A DNA stretch of 64,000 bases from Polyangiaceae bacterium. GTDB lineage: Bacteria; Myxococcota_A; Polyangia; Polyangiales; Polyangiaceae. This document shows positions 19,346 through 29,010 of this stretch, in pieces. A program made the translations under genes and the position numbers. The notes beneath the pieces are model-generated. The model searched no databases and had not been told where the DNA came from. It saw only the letters and a list, made by a program, of their open reading frames with translations. Where the stretch lies: assembly GCA_965222375.1 (NCBI GenBank), contig CBDCTZ010000011.1, positions 160,001-224,000 of the forward strand, read 5' to 3'. Each line of letters begins with the position of its first letter. Within the stretch, counting starts at the first letter, position 1.

Positions 19346-20713
19346 ATGACTCAAGCACCGTCGGAGACGGACCCAGTCACGCCGGACGCCCCTCCTTCCC
19401 AAGCCTTCGAGGACGACATCGTTGGTCGTTCTTCGCCGAGCAACTCACCGCCCGGCGAGCGCTACGAGTTCTTTCATGTCGTGCAGAACTACCTGGATCG
19501 CGCGGCCAAGTTGATCCAGATGCCAGACTACGTTCGTCGGATTCTGAGTCAGCCCAAGAACGAACTCATCGTGCACTTTCCGGTGCGGATGGACAACGGA
19601 AAGTACCGCCTGTTCAAGGGGTATCGAATTCAGCACTCGAACATCCTAGGGCCCTACAAGGGCGGCATGCGCTACCACGAGAGTTCGTCACTGGACGATT
19701 TCAAGGCGCTCGGCTCGCTGATGACTTGGAAGTCGTCACTGATGAACCTGCCCTTCGGTGGAGCAAAGGGTGGCATCAAGTTCAATCCTCGCGAAGTTTC
19801 CCGGGATGAACTGCAGCGCGTCACTCGACGCTTCTTCCATGCCTTGGGCTCGAACATCGGTCCTGACTACGACATTCCCGCTCCAGACATGGGCACCAAT
19901 GCCCAGACAATGGCGTGGGCCATGGACACCTACATGAACACCGTGGGCATGGTCAGCAAACAAGCTGCCATGGGTGTGGTGACAGGCAAGTCCATCAGCA
20001 CCGGCGGCACCTTTGGGCGAGAAAAAGCAACCGGTCAGGGCGTGGTGTTTTGCATCCAGGATTGGGCGCGCCGCAATCACTTCGACCTCGAGGGAAAGAA
20101 GCTGATCGTGCAGGGGTTCGGCAACGTCGGATCCCACGCGGCGGTGCTCCTGAGCCATTTGGGCGTGTCCCTGGTGGCCGTGGGCGATCACACCGGCTAC
20201 CTGTACAACCCGGAGGGGTTCAACGCGCACCGTCTTCAGACCTACGTGGCCGACAAGGGCAGCATCGTCGGCTATCCGAACGGTAAGGCCATCACTCGGG
20301 ACGACTTCTTCGCAGTGCAGGCGGACATTTTCGTCCCTGCCGCTTTGGAAAACCAAGTTGGCATTGCTGAAGCCGAGTCGCTTCAGGTCAAGTTGATCGC
20401 TGAAGGTGCCAACGGGCCCACTACGCCGGAGGGCGAGAAGGTACTGATCCGGCGCGGCATCGACGTGCTGCCAGATGTGATCGCCAACGCTGGCGGCGTG
20501 ACCGTGAGCTACTACGAGTGGGTGCAGAACCGCCGCAGCGAACAGTGGGCCCTGGACGAGGTCGATCGGCGGCTATTTGAAGCGATGGAGATGGCCTATC
20601 GCAACATGGCGCACGCCGCCGACAACTATAAGACCGACTTGCGCACAGCTTGCTACATCGTTGCGTTGGAACGATTGGCGCAAGTTTACGACGAGCGTGA
20701 GATCTTCCCGTAG
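19346..20713 (+). CDS. gdhA: Glu/Leu/Phe/Val dehydrogenase (probable glutamate dehydrogenase)
   Basis: GPYKGGMRY, MTWK, LPFGGAKGG, DIPAPDMGT, QGFGNVG, AEGANGP, NAGGVTVSYYEW. Confidence 0.92.
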   Translation: MTQAPSETDPVTPDAPPSQAFEDDIVGRSSPSNSPPGERYEFFHVVQNYLDRAAKLIQMPDYVRRILSQPKNELIVHFPVRMDNGKYRLFKGYRIQHSNILGPYKGGMRYHESSSLDDFKALGSLMTWKSSLMNLPFGGAKGGIKFNPREVSRDELQRVTRRFFHALGSNIGPDYDIPAPDMGTNAQTMAWAMDTYMNTVGMVSKQAAMGVVTGKSISTGGTFGREKATGQGVVFCIQDWARRNHFDLEGKKLIVQGFGNVGSHAAVLLSHLGVSLVAVGDHTGYLYNPEGFNAHRLQTYVADKGSIVGYPNGKAITRDDFFAVQADIFVPAALENQVGIAEAESLQVKLIAEGANGPTTPEGEKVLIRRGIDVLPDVIANAGGVTVSYYEWVQNRRSEQWALDEVDRRLFEAMEMAYRNMAHAADNYKTDLRTACYIVALERLAQVYDEREIFP

Positions 20714-20788
20714 ACTGTGACAGTGCGCACAAAGTGCATCGAGTGGCCACCCGGTTGGGCGTCGCTCGATGCGTTTGTGGGGGTGTAG

Positions 20789-21598
20789 TTACTTGACGTT
20801 GTTGACGTGCACGTCCATCTGCGGGAACGGGATGGAGAGGCCTGCCGCGTCTAGGCTCTGCTTGGCAGTCCGTACGGTCGCCTGGCGAACATCCCAGTAG
20901 TCGGCGGTGTTGCAGTGAACTCGCACTTGCCAGTTCACCGCGCTGTCCCCGAGGCTGTCTAGGAAAGCCTCCGGCGCCGGGTCCGCGAGCACGCCTGGAG
21001 TCTCCTTGGCGGCTGCAACGAGCACTTCCCGGGTCTTGTCCAGGTCGGCCTCGTAGGTCACGCCCACCGGAATATCGATGCGTCGGGTGGGATGGTGGGT
21101 GATGTTTTCGATCGTCTTTCCGAAGATCTCGCTATTCGGCACGATCAGGCGGCGATTGTCCGGCGTGCACAGCTCGGTCGTGAACAACTCGACCTCGATC
21201 ACGGCCCCAAGCTCGCCGGCTACCTTGACGAAGTCGCCCACCTTGAAGGGGCGGAAGACCAGCAGCATGATGCCTGCGGAGAAGTTCGACAGGGTGCCCT
21301 GAAAGGCCAGGCCGATCGCGAGGCCCATCGCGGCGATGACTGCCGCGAAGCTTGCCGTTTGAATTCCGAACACGCCGAGGCAGCCCAGAACCGCGCCCGC
21401 TAGAATTGCGTACCGTATGACGTTGGCGAAGAAACGACCCAGCATCGGGTCGAAGTCCCGCTTCTCCAGCGCCGAAGCAGTCTTGCGGCGCGCCCAGCCG
21501 GCGATGATCCATGCGACAAAGAGGACCGCCACGACGCCGGCGATTCGCATGCCCCAGGTCGTTCCCTGTTCGATCAGTGTTTGAGTGACCTTTTCCAT
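20789..21598 (-). CDS. mscS: Small-conductance mechanosensitive channel
   Basis: GLAIGLAFQGTLSNFSAGIMLLVFRPFKVGD; IPFPQMDVH. Confidence 0.95.
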   Translation of the reverse strand: MEKVTQTLIEQGTTWGMRIAGVVAVLFVAWIIAGWARRKTASALEKRDFDPMLGRFFANVIRYAILAGAVLGCLGVFGIQTASFAAVIAAMGLAIGLAFQGTLSNFSAGIMLLVFRPFKVGDFVKVAGELGAVIEVELFTTELCTPDNRRLIVPNSEIFGKTIENITHHPTRRIDIPVGVTYEADLDKTREVLVAAAKETPGVLADPAPEAFLDSLGDSAVNWQVRVHCNTADYWDVRQATVRTAKQSLDAAGLSIPFPQMDVHVNNVK

Positions 21599-21780
21599 GT
21601 GGTTCTTTCCTCAGATTTCGCTTGGTTGTAGGCGGCCGCGGAGCAAACTGCGTGCCGCTGTCGGTGCTTGCGCGCATGCCCTGATTTCGGGGGCAAGCGC
21701 AAGCAAAAAAGGCGGGAGAGTTGCGGTTTGGGGGACGACGGCTGTCGTCTCTGGCCCACGGGCTTGGGTGCGAGCAGCGC

Positions 21781-23559
21781 TCACCGGTAGGCACTGCGGC
21801 GCAGGAGGGCAAGCTCGAGGTTCACCAGCCCTTCGAGGGCCGCCAGAGCGGCGCGATGGTCGCGTAGGGGGGCCGAGATAGTAACACTGACCGAGCGCTT
21901 TTTGATCGCGTAACCAAGCGCACCCGCGGTTGCGGCCTGGAGCTGTTCTCGGACACCTCGACGCAGGTTCCGAGTCATTTGGGGGTCCTCGGCGTTCCGA
22001 ATCATGAGGTGGTTTTCTGGGATGGGTTGCAGCGGCTCTATCAGGATCTCAGTGTATTGCGGACCGGGGCCCGACCAGACCGTGCGAACGGACGCACGTC
22101 GACCGTCATAGCTTCCGCACACGGCCATGTGGGTCAACTCCAGGCCGCCCGCCAGCTTAGCCGCCAGCTTTCTCCAACTCGCAACGGCAGTCCTGGAAAA
22201 CTCTTTCGGCGCCGGCACCCGAGCCAGTGCTTTCGGAAAGTTGTGGGCTACCAACCGCATGTTGCGAGCGAAACGAAGCAACTCGGTGTGGGTCTGGCCA
22301 GCGCCCTTCTGCTGAATGATAACGCATTCGTCCGAAGCATCCGCTAGCTCGTGAGGGAAGTTACGCGGCAGAAGAGCGCTGGCGAAGGCTCGCACTTGCG
22401 CGAGATCCCGACCGATGAAGTAGTGGTGCTTGTCCGGCCACAGCACCCGCTGGGCCAAGGACAGGTAGCGGGAGAACCCGCCGAGGGGACCACCGTCCAG
22501 CCCAAGGTGCAGATTGGGAAAACTCAGAGTTCCGAGCAGATAGTTGCCGGCGCTGCCGCGCACGTCTCGCGCAATGCAAAGCTCCGTCGGGCCTATGTTG
22601 CCCACGAGGGTGTCGCCTCGCAGCCGCAAGCCTACGTCGGCCGCAACTCGCTTCCAGATGGCTGCGACGCGTGGTGAGCCCACGGTGGGAGGAAGAACCC
22701 GCTTTCTCGGGCGCGCTTCGCGTTGCGCGTCTCGGGGTAGCACTGTCACAGGCGCGCGGATTACCGTGTCCCGCGCGAAGCGCCGCTGGGCGCACACTTC
22801 GACCGCCCAAGCGAGGGAGTAGTGAGCTCCTCGACAGGTGGGGAAGATATTCGGAATCCGCAAGGCAAAGGGGAGCGGCTGGCCTTCGACGGCCCGGGCG
22901 AGAGGGACGGTCAAGGTGTAACCGAAGCACCAGGAGGATCGCTTGGATCCGCGTACCACCGAGGTTTGGCGCCCACGCAGATGCACTTGGACCCCGTAGT
23001 AGCGACTAGTGTCGACATTGCTCAGCGCTACGGCGCCCTCGACGACCCCGCCGGGCCGCAACACGGTGTTGGTTAGGCTTGCTTCCACGTGAGGCTCGCC
23101 GGCGGTCGGTCCGCTTGGATTGGACGAGAACACGAAAGGGCGCGCCGGCGCGTCTGCCGGTGGCGGCACCACCGGGATAACAAAACTCGCGCGCGCGTCT
23201 GGCCACCAAGGAATGGCAGCGTGGATCTTGACCAGATACTGCACCCGCGCTTGGCATCCCGAGTAGCTGGTAGGAACCGTCGGCGGCACGGCGAAGCGCA
23301 CGCGAAAGCGTTGTTCGCCCACCATGCGCCGCGCCTTGCTCAGGCGCGCGTGCAACGTGACCCAGGTCTTGCGGGCGGTGCGGGAGTGTTTGCCGGACCC
23401 GATGGTGACCCGCTCCTCTCCCACGAAGTGCACGTCCAAAGAACTCGTCGGCACCGGCCGCCGAGCACGGACGATGACTTCTGCGACGAAGGTTTCTCCA
23501 GGACGCACCTGTGGCGGAGCTAGTAGCCGGAGCTCGGGTCGCTTTTTAATCAGAGCCAC
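21781..23559 (-). CDS. Arrestin-fold (Arrestin_N/SpoOM-like) hypothetical protein
   Basis: Two beta-sandwich-like repeats: RPGE..F.VPPTVPTSYSG..RVQY.VK.HAAIPW and RPGG..LPFALRIP..PT.RG.HYSLAW.VEV. Confidence 0.6.
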   Translation of the reverse strand: MALIKKRPELRLLAPPQVRPGETFVAEVIVRARRPVPTSSLDVHFVGEERVTIGSGKHSRTARKTWVTLHARLSKARRMVGEQRFRVRFAVPPTVPTSYSGCQARVQYLVKIHAAIPWWPDARASFVIPVVPPPADAPARPFVFSSNPSGPTAGEPHVEASLTNTVLRPGGVVEGAVALSNVDTSRYYGVQVHLRGRQTSVVRGSKRSSWCFGYTLTVPLARAVEGQPLPFALRIPNIFPTCRGAHYSLAWAVEVCAQRRFARDTVIRAPVTVLPRDAQREARPRKRVLPPTVGSPRVAAIWKRVAADVGLRLRGDTLVGNIGPTELCIARDVRGSAGNYLLGTLSFPNLHLGLDGGPLGGFSRYLSLAQRVLWPDKHHYFIGRDLAQVRAFASALLPRNFPHELADASDECVIIQQKGAGQTHTELLRFARNMRLVAHNFPKALARVPAPKEFSRTAVASWRKLAAKLAGGLELTHMAVCGSYDGRRASVRTVWSGPGPQYTEILIEPLQPIPENHLMIRNAEDPQMTRNLRRGVREQLQAATAGALGYAIKKRSVSVTISAPLRDHRAALAALEGLVNLELALLRRSAYR

Positions 23560-23639
23560 GACAGTTGGTCAGAAACCGGATCCGAGCTGGCGGCAAGCTT
23601 CGGCAGTCGGGGTCTGTGCGTTAGCGCGGCACTGCGGCT

Positions 23640-24596
23640 ATGCTCTCTGCAATGTTGCGCGCGGCGCCACCGCCAGACTTCCGCTACGTGGGCCTCGAGC
23701 CTGGGCCCGACGGCCGTCGCGCGCGCTACCTGGGCGTGGGCGCTGGTTGTGGCGCGTTCGGCGTGGGCGTGGCCATGGCCGGAGCCGAGGCGACCACCCT
23801 AGCGGCGGCCGCGGTCGCTGGAGCGCTGTCGGCGCTGCTCGCCGTTCGCGGTCTCGGTCCGTCGGCTCTGGTGGATGGCGCCCAAGCGGCGCGGCTGTCC
23901 ATTGTGCCTTGGGGGGTTGTTGTGCACACGGAGCCCGCTCCGCGCGTGTTGCGCTGGGCCGCGATACAGTCCATCAAGGTGCGTTACGTTCACGAGATGG
24001 ACCACGCAACGCCGGCGATCCGATGGAGCGTGGTTCGGGTGAAGACCGAGCGCGAGGTGTTCGCGGGCCGGGCCCATGGGGCCGTGGGGCTCGAGCGCTT
24101 GGAAGCGCATCTCCATCAGTATGCCGAAGAGGCGTCTAGACCGATTGCCCTCGACCTGGAGGGTCAGTTGGCGGTGGACGATTTCTTCGATTCCGTATTT
24201 GAGCGCATCCTCGCCGAGGCTCGTCATGCACTATCGACCGGCGTGTTGAGCGAGCGGCTCACTTTGCCCCCCGCGAGCTATCGCCGGGTCCGCGCGGCCA
24301 GTGCATCCTCCGACGCAGAGGAGCACCTGTGTCGAGTGTTAGCCGCCCCCGCGACACGCTCGGCGGATCCGCGTCCCTTCGCTGCGCTGCTCGCCGCCGA
24401 AATGGGCGCAAAACGGGCCTTGGGCTCGGTACTTCGGCTGTGTGGCTCTCCGCACCCGCTCGTGGCTATCGTGGCTCGCGCCGCTGCGCTGCGGCTGGGG
24501 GCCGAGTTGAAGGTTACCGGCGCCCTAGCCGAGTTGGCGGAATTCGTCGCGCCGGATGAGCTGGAATTGGCCGAAGCGTACAGCTCAGCCCCTTAG
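23640..24596 (+). CDS. Hypothetical membrane protein
   Basis: 318 aa ORF, N-terminal hydrophobic segments, HEAT-like helical C-terminus. Confidence 0.65.
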   Translation: MLSAMLRAAPPPDFRYVGLEPGPDGRRARYLGVGAGCGAFGVGVAMAGAEATTLAAAAVAGALSALLAVRGLGPSALVDGAQAARLSIVPWGVVVHTEPAPRVLRWAAIQSIKVRYVHEMDHATPAIRWSVVRVKTEREVFAGRAHGAVGLERLEAHLHQYAEEASRPIALDLEGQLAVDDFFDSVFERILAEARHALSTGVLSERLTLPPASYRRVRAASASSDAEEHLCRVLAAPATRSADPRPFAALLAAEMGAKRALGSVLRLCGSPHPLVAIVARAAALRLGAELKVTGALAELAEFVAPDELELAEAYSSAP

Positions 24597-24605
24597 CCGC
24601 TATCG

Positions 24606-24619
24606 TTGACATCGGTCAC
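24606..24619 (+). promoter_or_regulatory. Possible Fnr/Crp-family box TTGAC-N4-GTCAC (overlaps a TTGACA hexamer)
   Basis: 9/10 match to the TTGAC-N4-GTCAA palindrome, upstream of the porin-cytochrome genes. Confidence 0.3.
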
Positions 24620-24674
24620 TTACCTCGATGATGCTGCGGATGCGTCGTGGGCATGGTCGACGCGCAAAAGGGAA

Positions 24675-26186
24675 ATGGCGCGGCGCACACTCGCACTCTT
24701 GACAGGCACGCTCGCGGCGGTTTGGGGAGCCACACCAGCCAAGGCCGCCGAGGCCGAGGTGAACGCGACCAGCGCCGCTCAGTTCTACACCTACTCGAGC
24801 CCGTTCGGAGAGCCCACGGTGCGGCGGCGCCGCTACACACAGACTCTGTCGCTGCATGTCTACGACATCACGGGCGATCGCGTCGCCTTCGAGCCGGACT
24901 TGTCATTCAAGATGCGGCTGAGGTTGGACGCGGACTTTGGGCAGCTCAATGCCGAGCGCGATCCCAACAATGCGCGGCGCTTCGTTCCCGGCTTGGAGCA
25001 AGCTCCTCTGGACGTCATGTACGCATATCTAGAGGGCAACCACTATTTCGATGGGCTAGTTGGCTTTCGCCTTGGCAGGCAGTACGTAACAGACGCCCTG
25101 GGCTGGTGGTCGTTTGATGGCGGCTTGGTTCGCCTAACCATGCCAGCGTACATACAGGCGGAAGTGTACGGCGGCTTTGAACAGCGAGGTGGGCTGCCTG
25201 CCATGCTGGGGACGTCGCGCTATTCCGGGGATGGTGTTTATCGGGGGAACCGCGAGGACCTCGAACTCGGTTTCTATCCGCACTATTTGGAGGAGAGCCA
25301 ATTGGCTCCTGCCTACGGTTTCGCCCTGGAAAGTACGGGAGTGCACTTCCTCAAGGCGCGGCTGTCGTATCGCAAAGTCATCAACCGGGACACGGTCGTC
25401 GTGTCACCCTTCCGCGCTCCGGATGGTTCGTTTCTGAAGGTGGGCGGTGACCGGGTCTCCAGCGAGCGCATCGGCTACTCGATGCGCTTGAGCGAGTCGA
25501 ACCTCGGTGGGCTGCGTGGCAGTGCGGTGTACGACTTCTACAACCAAGTCGTGAGCGACTATGCCCTGGCGCTGGACTGGTACGCCACGGATCAAGTGAC
25601 GCTTGGCGCCGACTACGACTACTACTACCCGACTTTCGACGGCGATTCGATTTGGAATTGGTTTTCCCATAGCGGGATGACAACGGTCCTGGGGCGCGCG
25701 GAGTACCGTCATTCCCGCATCTGGGATGTCGCTGCGTCCGGGGGAATGCGCTTCTTTCGCACCGAGGGTGACTCGGGGACCTACCGTGCCGAAAGCACGG
25801 CTGGTCGGGATCCGGATCGAAGCCAAACCGGCACGTTGGGCGACGTGATGGGCTCCTTGGGTGGGCGCTATCGCTGGGCAGACGGTGGCGTCGAGTTACG
25901 TGGCATGGGCGAAAAGGGGAGACGGGGGCATCGTGTGGGTGGCGATGTTACTACTCGCCAGGCCTTCGAGGGGCGCTACGACGCGATGGTCATCTTGTCC
26001 CTCTATGACTGGGATGATGCGCTGCGCCCGAGTCGAGATGCCACGAGCTTCTCATACGTATTGGGTGGCGGGTACGCGCCGCTGGAGCGAACGCGTATCG
26101 GCTTGGAATGGGAACACGCCATGAACCGACTCGTGGGGCAGCGGTTTCGTGCACTGGCAACCCTGGACTTCACGGTGCTGAATTGA
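24675..26186 (+). CDS. Outer-membrane beta-barrel protein (putative cytochrome-associated porin)
   Basis: Signal peptide ending AKA; aromatic-rich alternating beta strands; C-terminal LATLDFTVLN; overlaps the cytochrome start. Confidence 0.75.
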   Translation: MARRTLALLTGTLAAVWGATPAKAAEAEVNATSAAQFYTYSSPFGEPTVRRRRYTQTLSLHVYDITGDRVAFEPDLSFKMRLRLDADFGQLNAERDPNNARRFVPGLEQAPLDVMYAYLEGNHYFDGLVGFRLGRQYVTDALGWWSFDGGLVRLTMPAYIQAEVYGGFEQRGGLPAMLGTSRYSGDGVYRGNREDLELGFYPHYLEESQLAPAYGFALESTGVHFLKARLSYRKVINRDTVVVSPFRAPDGSFLKVGGDRVSSERIGYSMRLSESNLGGLRGSAVYDFYNQVVSDYALALDWYATDQVTLGADYDYYYPTFDGDSIWNWFSHSGMTTVLGRAEYRHSRIWDVAASGGMRFFRTEGDSGTYRAESTAGRDPDRSQTGTLGDVMGSLGGRYRWADGGVELRGMGEKGRRGHRVGGDVTTRQAFEGRYDAMVILSLYDWDDALRPSRDATSFSYVLGGGYAPLERTRIGLEWEHAMNRLVGQRFRALATLDFTVLN

Positions 26187-27580
26187 AGCAGCGCGTCCTC
26201 TCCACCTGGATTCTCGCACTCCCGTGCGCGGTCGCCATGTTGTGCGCGGCGCTATCGGACGTGTCCAATGCTCGCGCCAGGCCAGCAGGAGAAGCGACGG
26301 CCTTGGCCGCCGCGGCCTCGGCCAGTGCGCCCGCGGCGCCGCGACCCGTACATGGCCTTTCGCCCCTTCCCGGCGGCGCTGAGGTCCCCTTGGCGGATCG
26401 CCCCCCGGGAGCTTTTGCGGACGATGGTGGCCCAAGCCCAGCGATCTTCCCGCCTCAGAAGATCACGATCCGCTTCAATCACAAAAAGCACGTGCGGGAG
26501 CTCAACATCGTATGCACCGCGTGCCACGATCGAGCGAAGACGAGCCGGGTCAGTGTCGATCGGCTGCTTCCCCCGGGCAGTCGCTGTGATGCTTGCCATG
26601 GCAGCGACCACCGGGACCTGAACGCTGTGAAGGCTGATGGGGCGGAGCTGATGAGCCAATGCGGCTTCTGCCACATCGGGTACAAACCGAGCGACGGCAA
26701 CAAAGTGGCCCGTTTTGTCTTGCCGCGGCCGAACCTCAAGATGAACCACGCCGTGCACTTCAGGAAGAACATTGGCTGCGCACAGTGTCACGGCAACGTG
26801 GAGAACATCGAGCTTGCGACTAGAGACCAACTGCCGCGAATGCGCGGCTGCTTCTCATGCCATCAGATGCCGGCGCCAGCCCGAGGCAAAGCCAAGGGTG
26901 AGTGCGAGAACTGCCACTTGACCGAACGCGGTGGCTTGATGAAGACTCGATTCGCCTCCGGCAAGCTCGTACCACCCCGATGGCTTCACGACGCGGGGCA
27001 CAGCGCAGACTGGATCGAGCGCCACAAGCAGGTAGCCGGCAACGACAGCAAGATGTGCGGCAGTTGCCACACCGAGCGCTACTGTACAGATTGCCACGAC
27101 GGCCGCGTTCGTCCTCGAAAGGTGCACCCTAACGATTGGATCAGCATGCACCCCGTTGCAGCTCGGCAAAACAACCCGAGCTGCACCGGCTGCCACAAGC
27201 AGCAGTCTTTTTGCGTCGGCTGCCACCAGCGAGCGGGCGTCACTCTCTCTGGACCCTACGAGAACTTCGCTGGTCGCGGGCGTTTCCACCCCCCGAAACG
27301 AGACTGGACCGATCCGCCGCGCTCGGGTCGGCATCACGCATGGGAAGCCCAGCGGAATCTGAACGCATGCGTCAGCTGCCACACGGAGCGGGAATGCACC
27401 ATCTGTCACGCCACCGCGCGGGTCGGTGGCCGCGGCGCGGGTTCCGGCTTTGCGGGACAGGGCAGCAATCCTCACCCCCGGAATTTCCTCGGCCGCTGCA
27501 GAGGCGCGCTGCGAAGAAATGCGCGCCCCTGCCTGGTCTGCCACGATCCCGCTGACCCCAAGCTTCAGGAGTGTCGCTGA
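26183..27580 (+). CDS. Multiheme c-type cytochrome (13 CxxCH, cytochrome c3-like)
   Basis: CTACH, CDACH, CGFCH, CAQCH, CFSCH, CENCH, CGSCH, CTDCH, CTGCH, CVGCH, CVSCH, CTICH, CLVCH; FNHKKH; TTG start overlapping porin stop. Confidence 0.92.
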   Translation: MKQRVLSTWILALPCAVAMLCAALSDVSNARARPAGEATALAAAASASAPAAPRPVHGLSPLPGGAEVPLADRPPGAFADDGGPSPAIFPPQKITIRFNHKKHVRELNIVCTACHDRAKTSRVSVDRLLPPGSRCDACHGSDHRDLNAVKADGAELMSQCGFCHIGYKPSDGNKVARFVLPRPNLKMNHAVHFRKNIGCAQCHGNVENIELATRDQLPRMRGCFSCHQMPAPARGKAKGECENCHLTERGGLMKTRFASGKLVPPRWLHDAGHSADWIERHKQVAGNDSKMCGSCHTERYCTDCHDGRVRPRKVHPNDWISMHPVAARQNNPSCTGCHKQQSFCVGCHQRAGVTLSGPYENFAGRGRFHPPKRDWTDPPRSGRHHAWEAQRNLNACVSCHTERECTICHATARVGGRGAGSGFAGQGSNPHPRNFLGRCRGALRRNARPCLVCHDPADPKLQECR

Positions 27581-27712
27581 TGCGGGGAAAAGCACCGGAA
27601 AAGTCAGAAGAAATCCCCCCGGCTGGAGATATCCGCTTGCGCGACAGCTTCGCCCGCGAGTATAGCGTGGGCCCCCCGGCCGATTCGAGGTCGGACGCTA
27701 AGGAGGCCACCT

Positions 27713-27967
27713 TTGAAGGAGCTAGCGACGTATCTGCTCTCCAACGTTTACTTGGATTTTCAGGGGGAGGTCTCCGTCGAGAAAGTGCGGGAGTTTCTGC
27801 GCGAGGACGACAGCAGAGAGGCCCGTCAACTCTTGAACAAGGTCATCGAAGAGAAGGGGGTCGAGGACCTTCTGATCACCCTCGCCGACTGCCTAAAAGA
27901 GCACATCCGCAACGGGATCAACGAGACGACGGTCAGCGAACAGCTGCGCATGTACGGCGACGCATAG
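27713..27967 (+). CDS. Small acidic helical hypothetical protein
   Basis: Strong RBS AAGGAGG before TTG; protein-like composition; hidden in another frame of ORF 27571..28953. Confidence 0.75.
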   Translation: MKELATYLLSNVYLDFQGEVSVEKVREFLREDDSREARQLLNKVIEEKGVEDLLITLADCLKEHIRNGINETTVSEQLRMYGDA

Positions 27968-27981
27968 CGTCTGCACTGCTC

Positions 27982-28953
27982 TTGCTTGGCCTGAACGGCT
28001 GCGATCAGGGTGAGCCAGACGTCGATCCGCCGCGGGGACCTGCACTCCAACTGACCGGGGTGTTCCCCTCTCCGGAACAGGGAGTGGAGTGTTCCGCCAC
28101 GAGCCCCGACGACTGTGGCGTGCCCCGGGATTCACCGATACTGCTCAGATTCAACCGATACCTACGGCCGTCCACGGCTGTTCGGCAGTCTATTCGTGTC
28201 ACCACTGGAGAGGCCGACGTGAGCTCAGGCTTTTTTCAGCCCGAATACGACGTCATCGAACGGGTGCTGGTCTTCCGTCGCCAAGAAGGCGCGCTTCTAG
28301 AGCCGGGCGCGCTGTACACGATTGAACTCGTAGTCCCGTCCGATATGTCGGTGTTCGGGTTGGAAGCCTTCGACGGCGCGCCCCTCGCAGAGGGGGTGCT
28401 CCCCTTGAAGTTCGACTTTCGCGCGGCGCGGGCAGAGCCGCCAATGCGAGAGCCCCCGCCGGCTCGGGAGCCTACTCCAAAGCTGGGCAGCCTCCTGGCT
28501 AGCTGTACTTCGGTGGCGTGCCACAACTCCGTAGCTTCGGCCGAACAAGACGTGCCCCGGATGGGCTTGGATCTCGCATCGCCGCAGGGGCTGCGCGAGA
28601 CGGCGATCGCTCGGGTCGCACACCAAACGGATCTCTCTGGCAAGGCAGGGGTTGTGCTCGAGAGTCCCCCCCGCTTCGGTGTCGGCGTGCCGGTGATCGA
28701 TCCCAACCGTCCCAGCAACAGCTACTTGCTCTACAAGCTGTTGCGCAAGCCGGAAAACTTCGGCGGGGATTCATGCAACACGCGTTACGTGGACCTTCCG
28801 CTGGCCAACGGTGAATGCCTGTACCGGGACGATGAGTCCAAACGCCTACGTGAGTGGTTTGTTCGGGGCGATCCAATGCCTCGAGGCAGTGCCGTCGACA
28901 TGAAGAGTTTGCGGGAGATCCAGGCTTGGATTCGCGGCGGCGCCAGTCCTTGA
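27982..28953 (+). CDS. Lipoprotein with Ig-like domain and C-terminal putative monoheme cytochrome c domain (start uncertain)
   Basis: LLLGLNGC lipobox; Ig-like VPRDSPILLRFN..LEPGALYTI; CTSVACH (Cx4CH); DPNRPSNSYLLYKL..PMP..IQAWIRGGA. Confidence 0.7.
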   Translation: MLGLNGCDQGEPDVDPPRGPALQLTGVFPSPEQGVECSATSPDDCGVPRDSPILLRFNRYLRPSTAVRQSIRVTTGEADVSSGFFQPEYDVIERVLVFRRQEGALLEPGALYTIELVVPSDMSVFGLEAFDGAPLAEGVLPLKFDFRAARAEPPMREPPPAREPTPKLGSLLASCTSVACHNSVASAEQDVPRMGLDLASPQGLRETAIARVAHQTDLSGKAGVVLESPPRFGVGVPVIDPNRPSNSYLLYKLLRKPENFGGDSCNTRYVDLPLANGECLYRDDESKRLREWFVRGDPMPRGSAVDMKSLREIQAWIRGGASP

Positions 28954-29010
28954 GCCCGCGAGGCTGAAGTTTTCGCGTCCGAGCACAATCGGGCTCGGCT
29001 GCTGTGCCGG

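Noticed and set aside
27571..27960. N-terminal extension of the 460-aa ORF
   Set aside because: Overlaps a better-supported 84-aa gene with a strong RBS; the lipobox only appears near 27990
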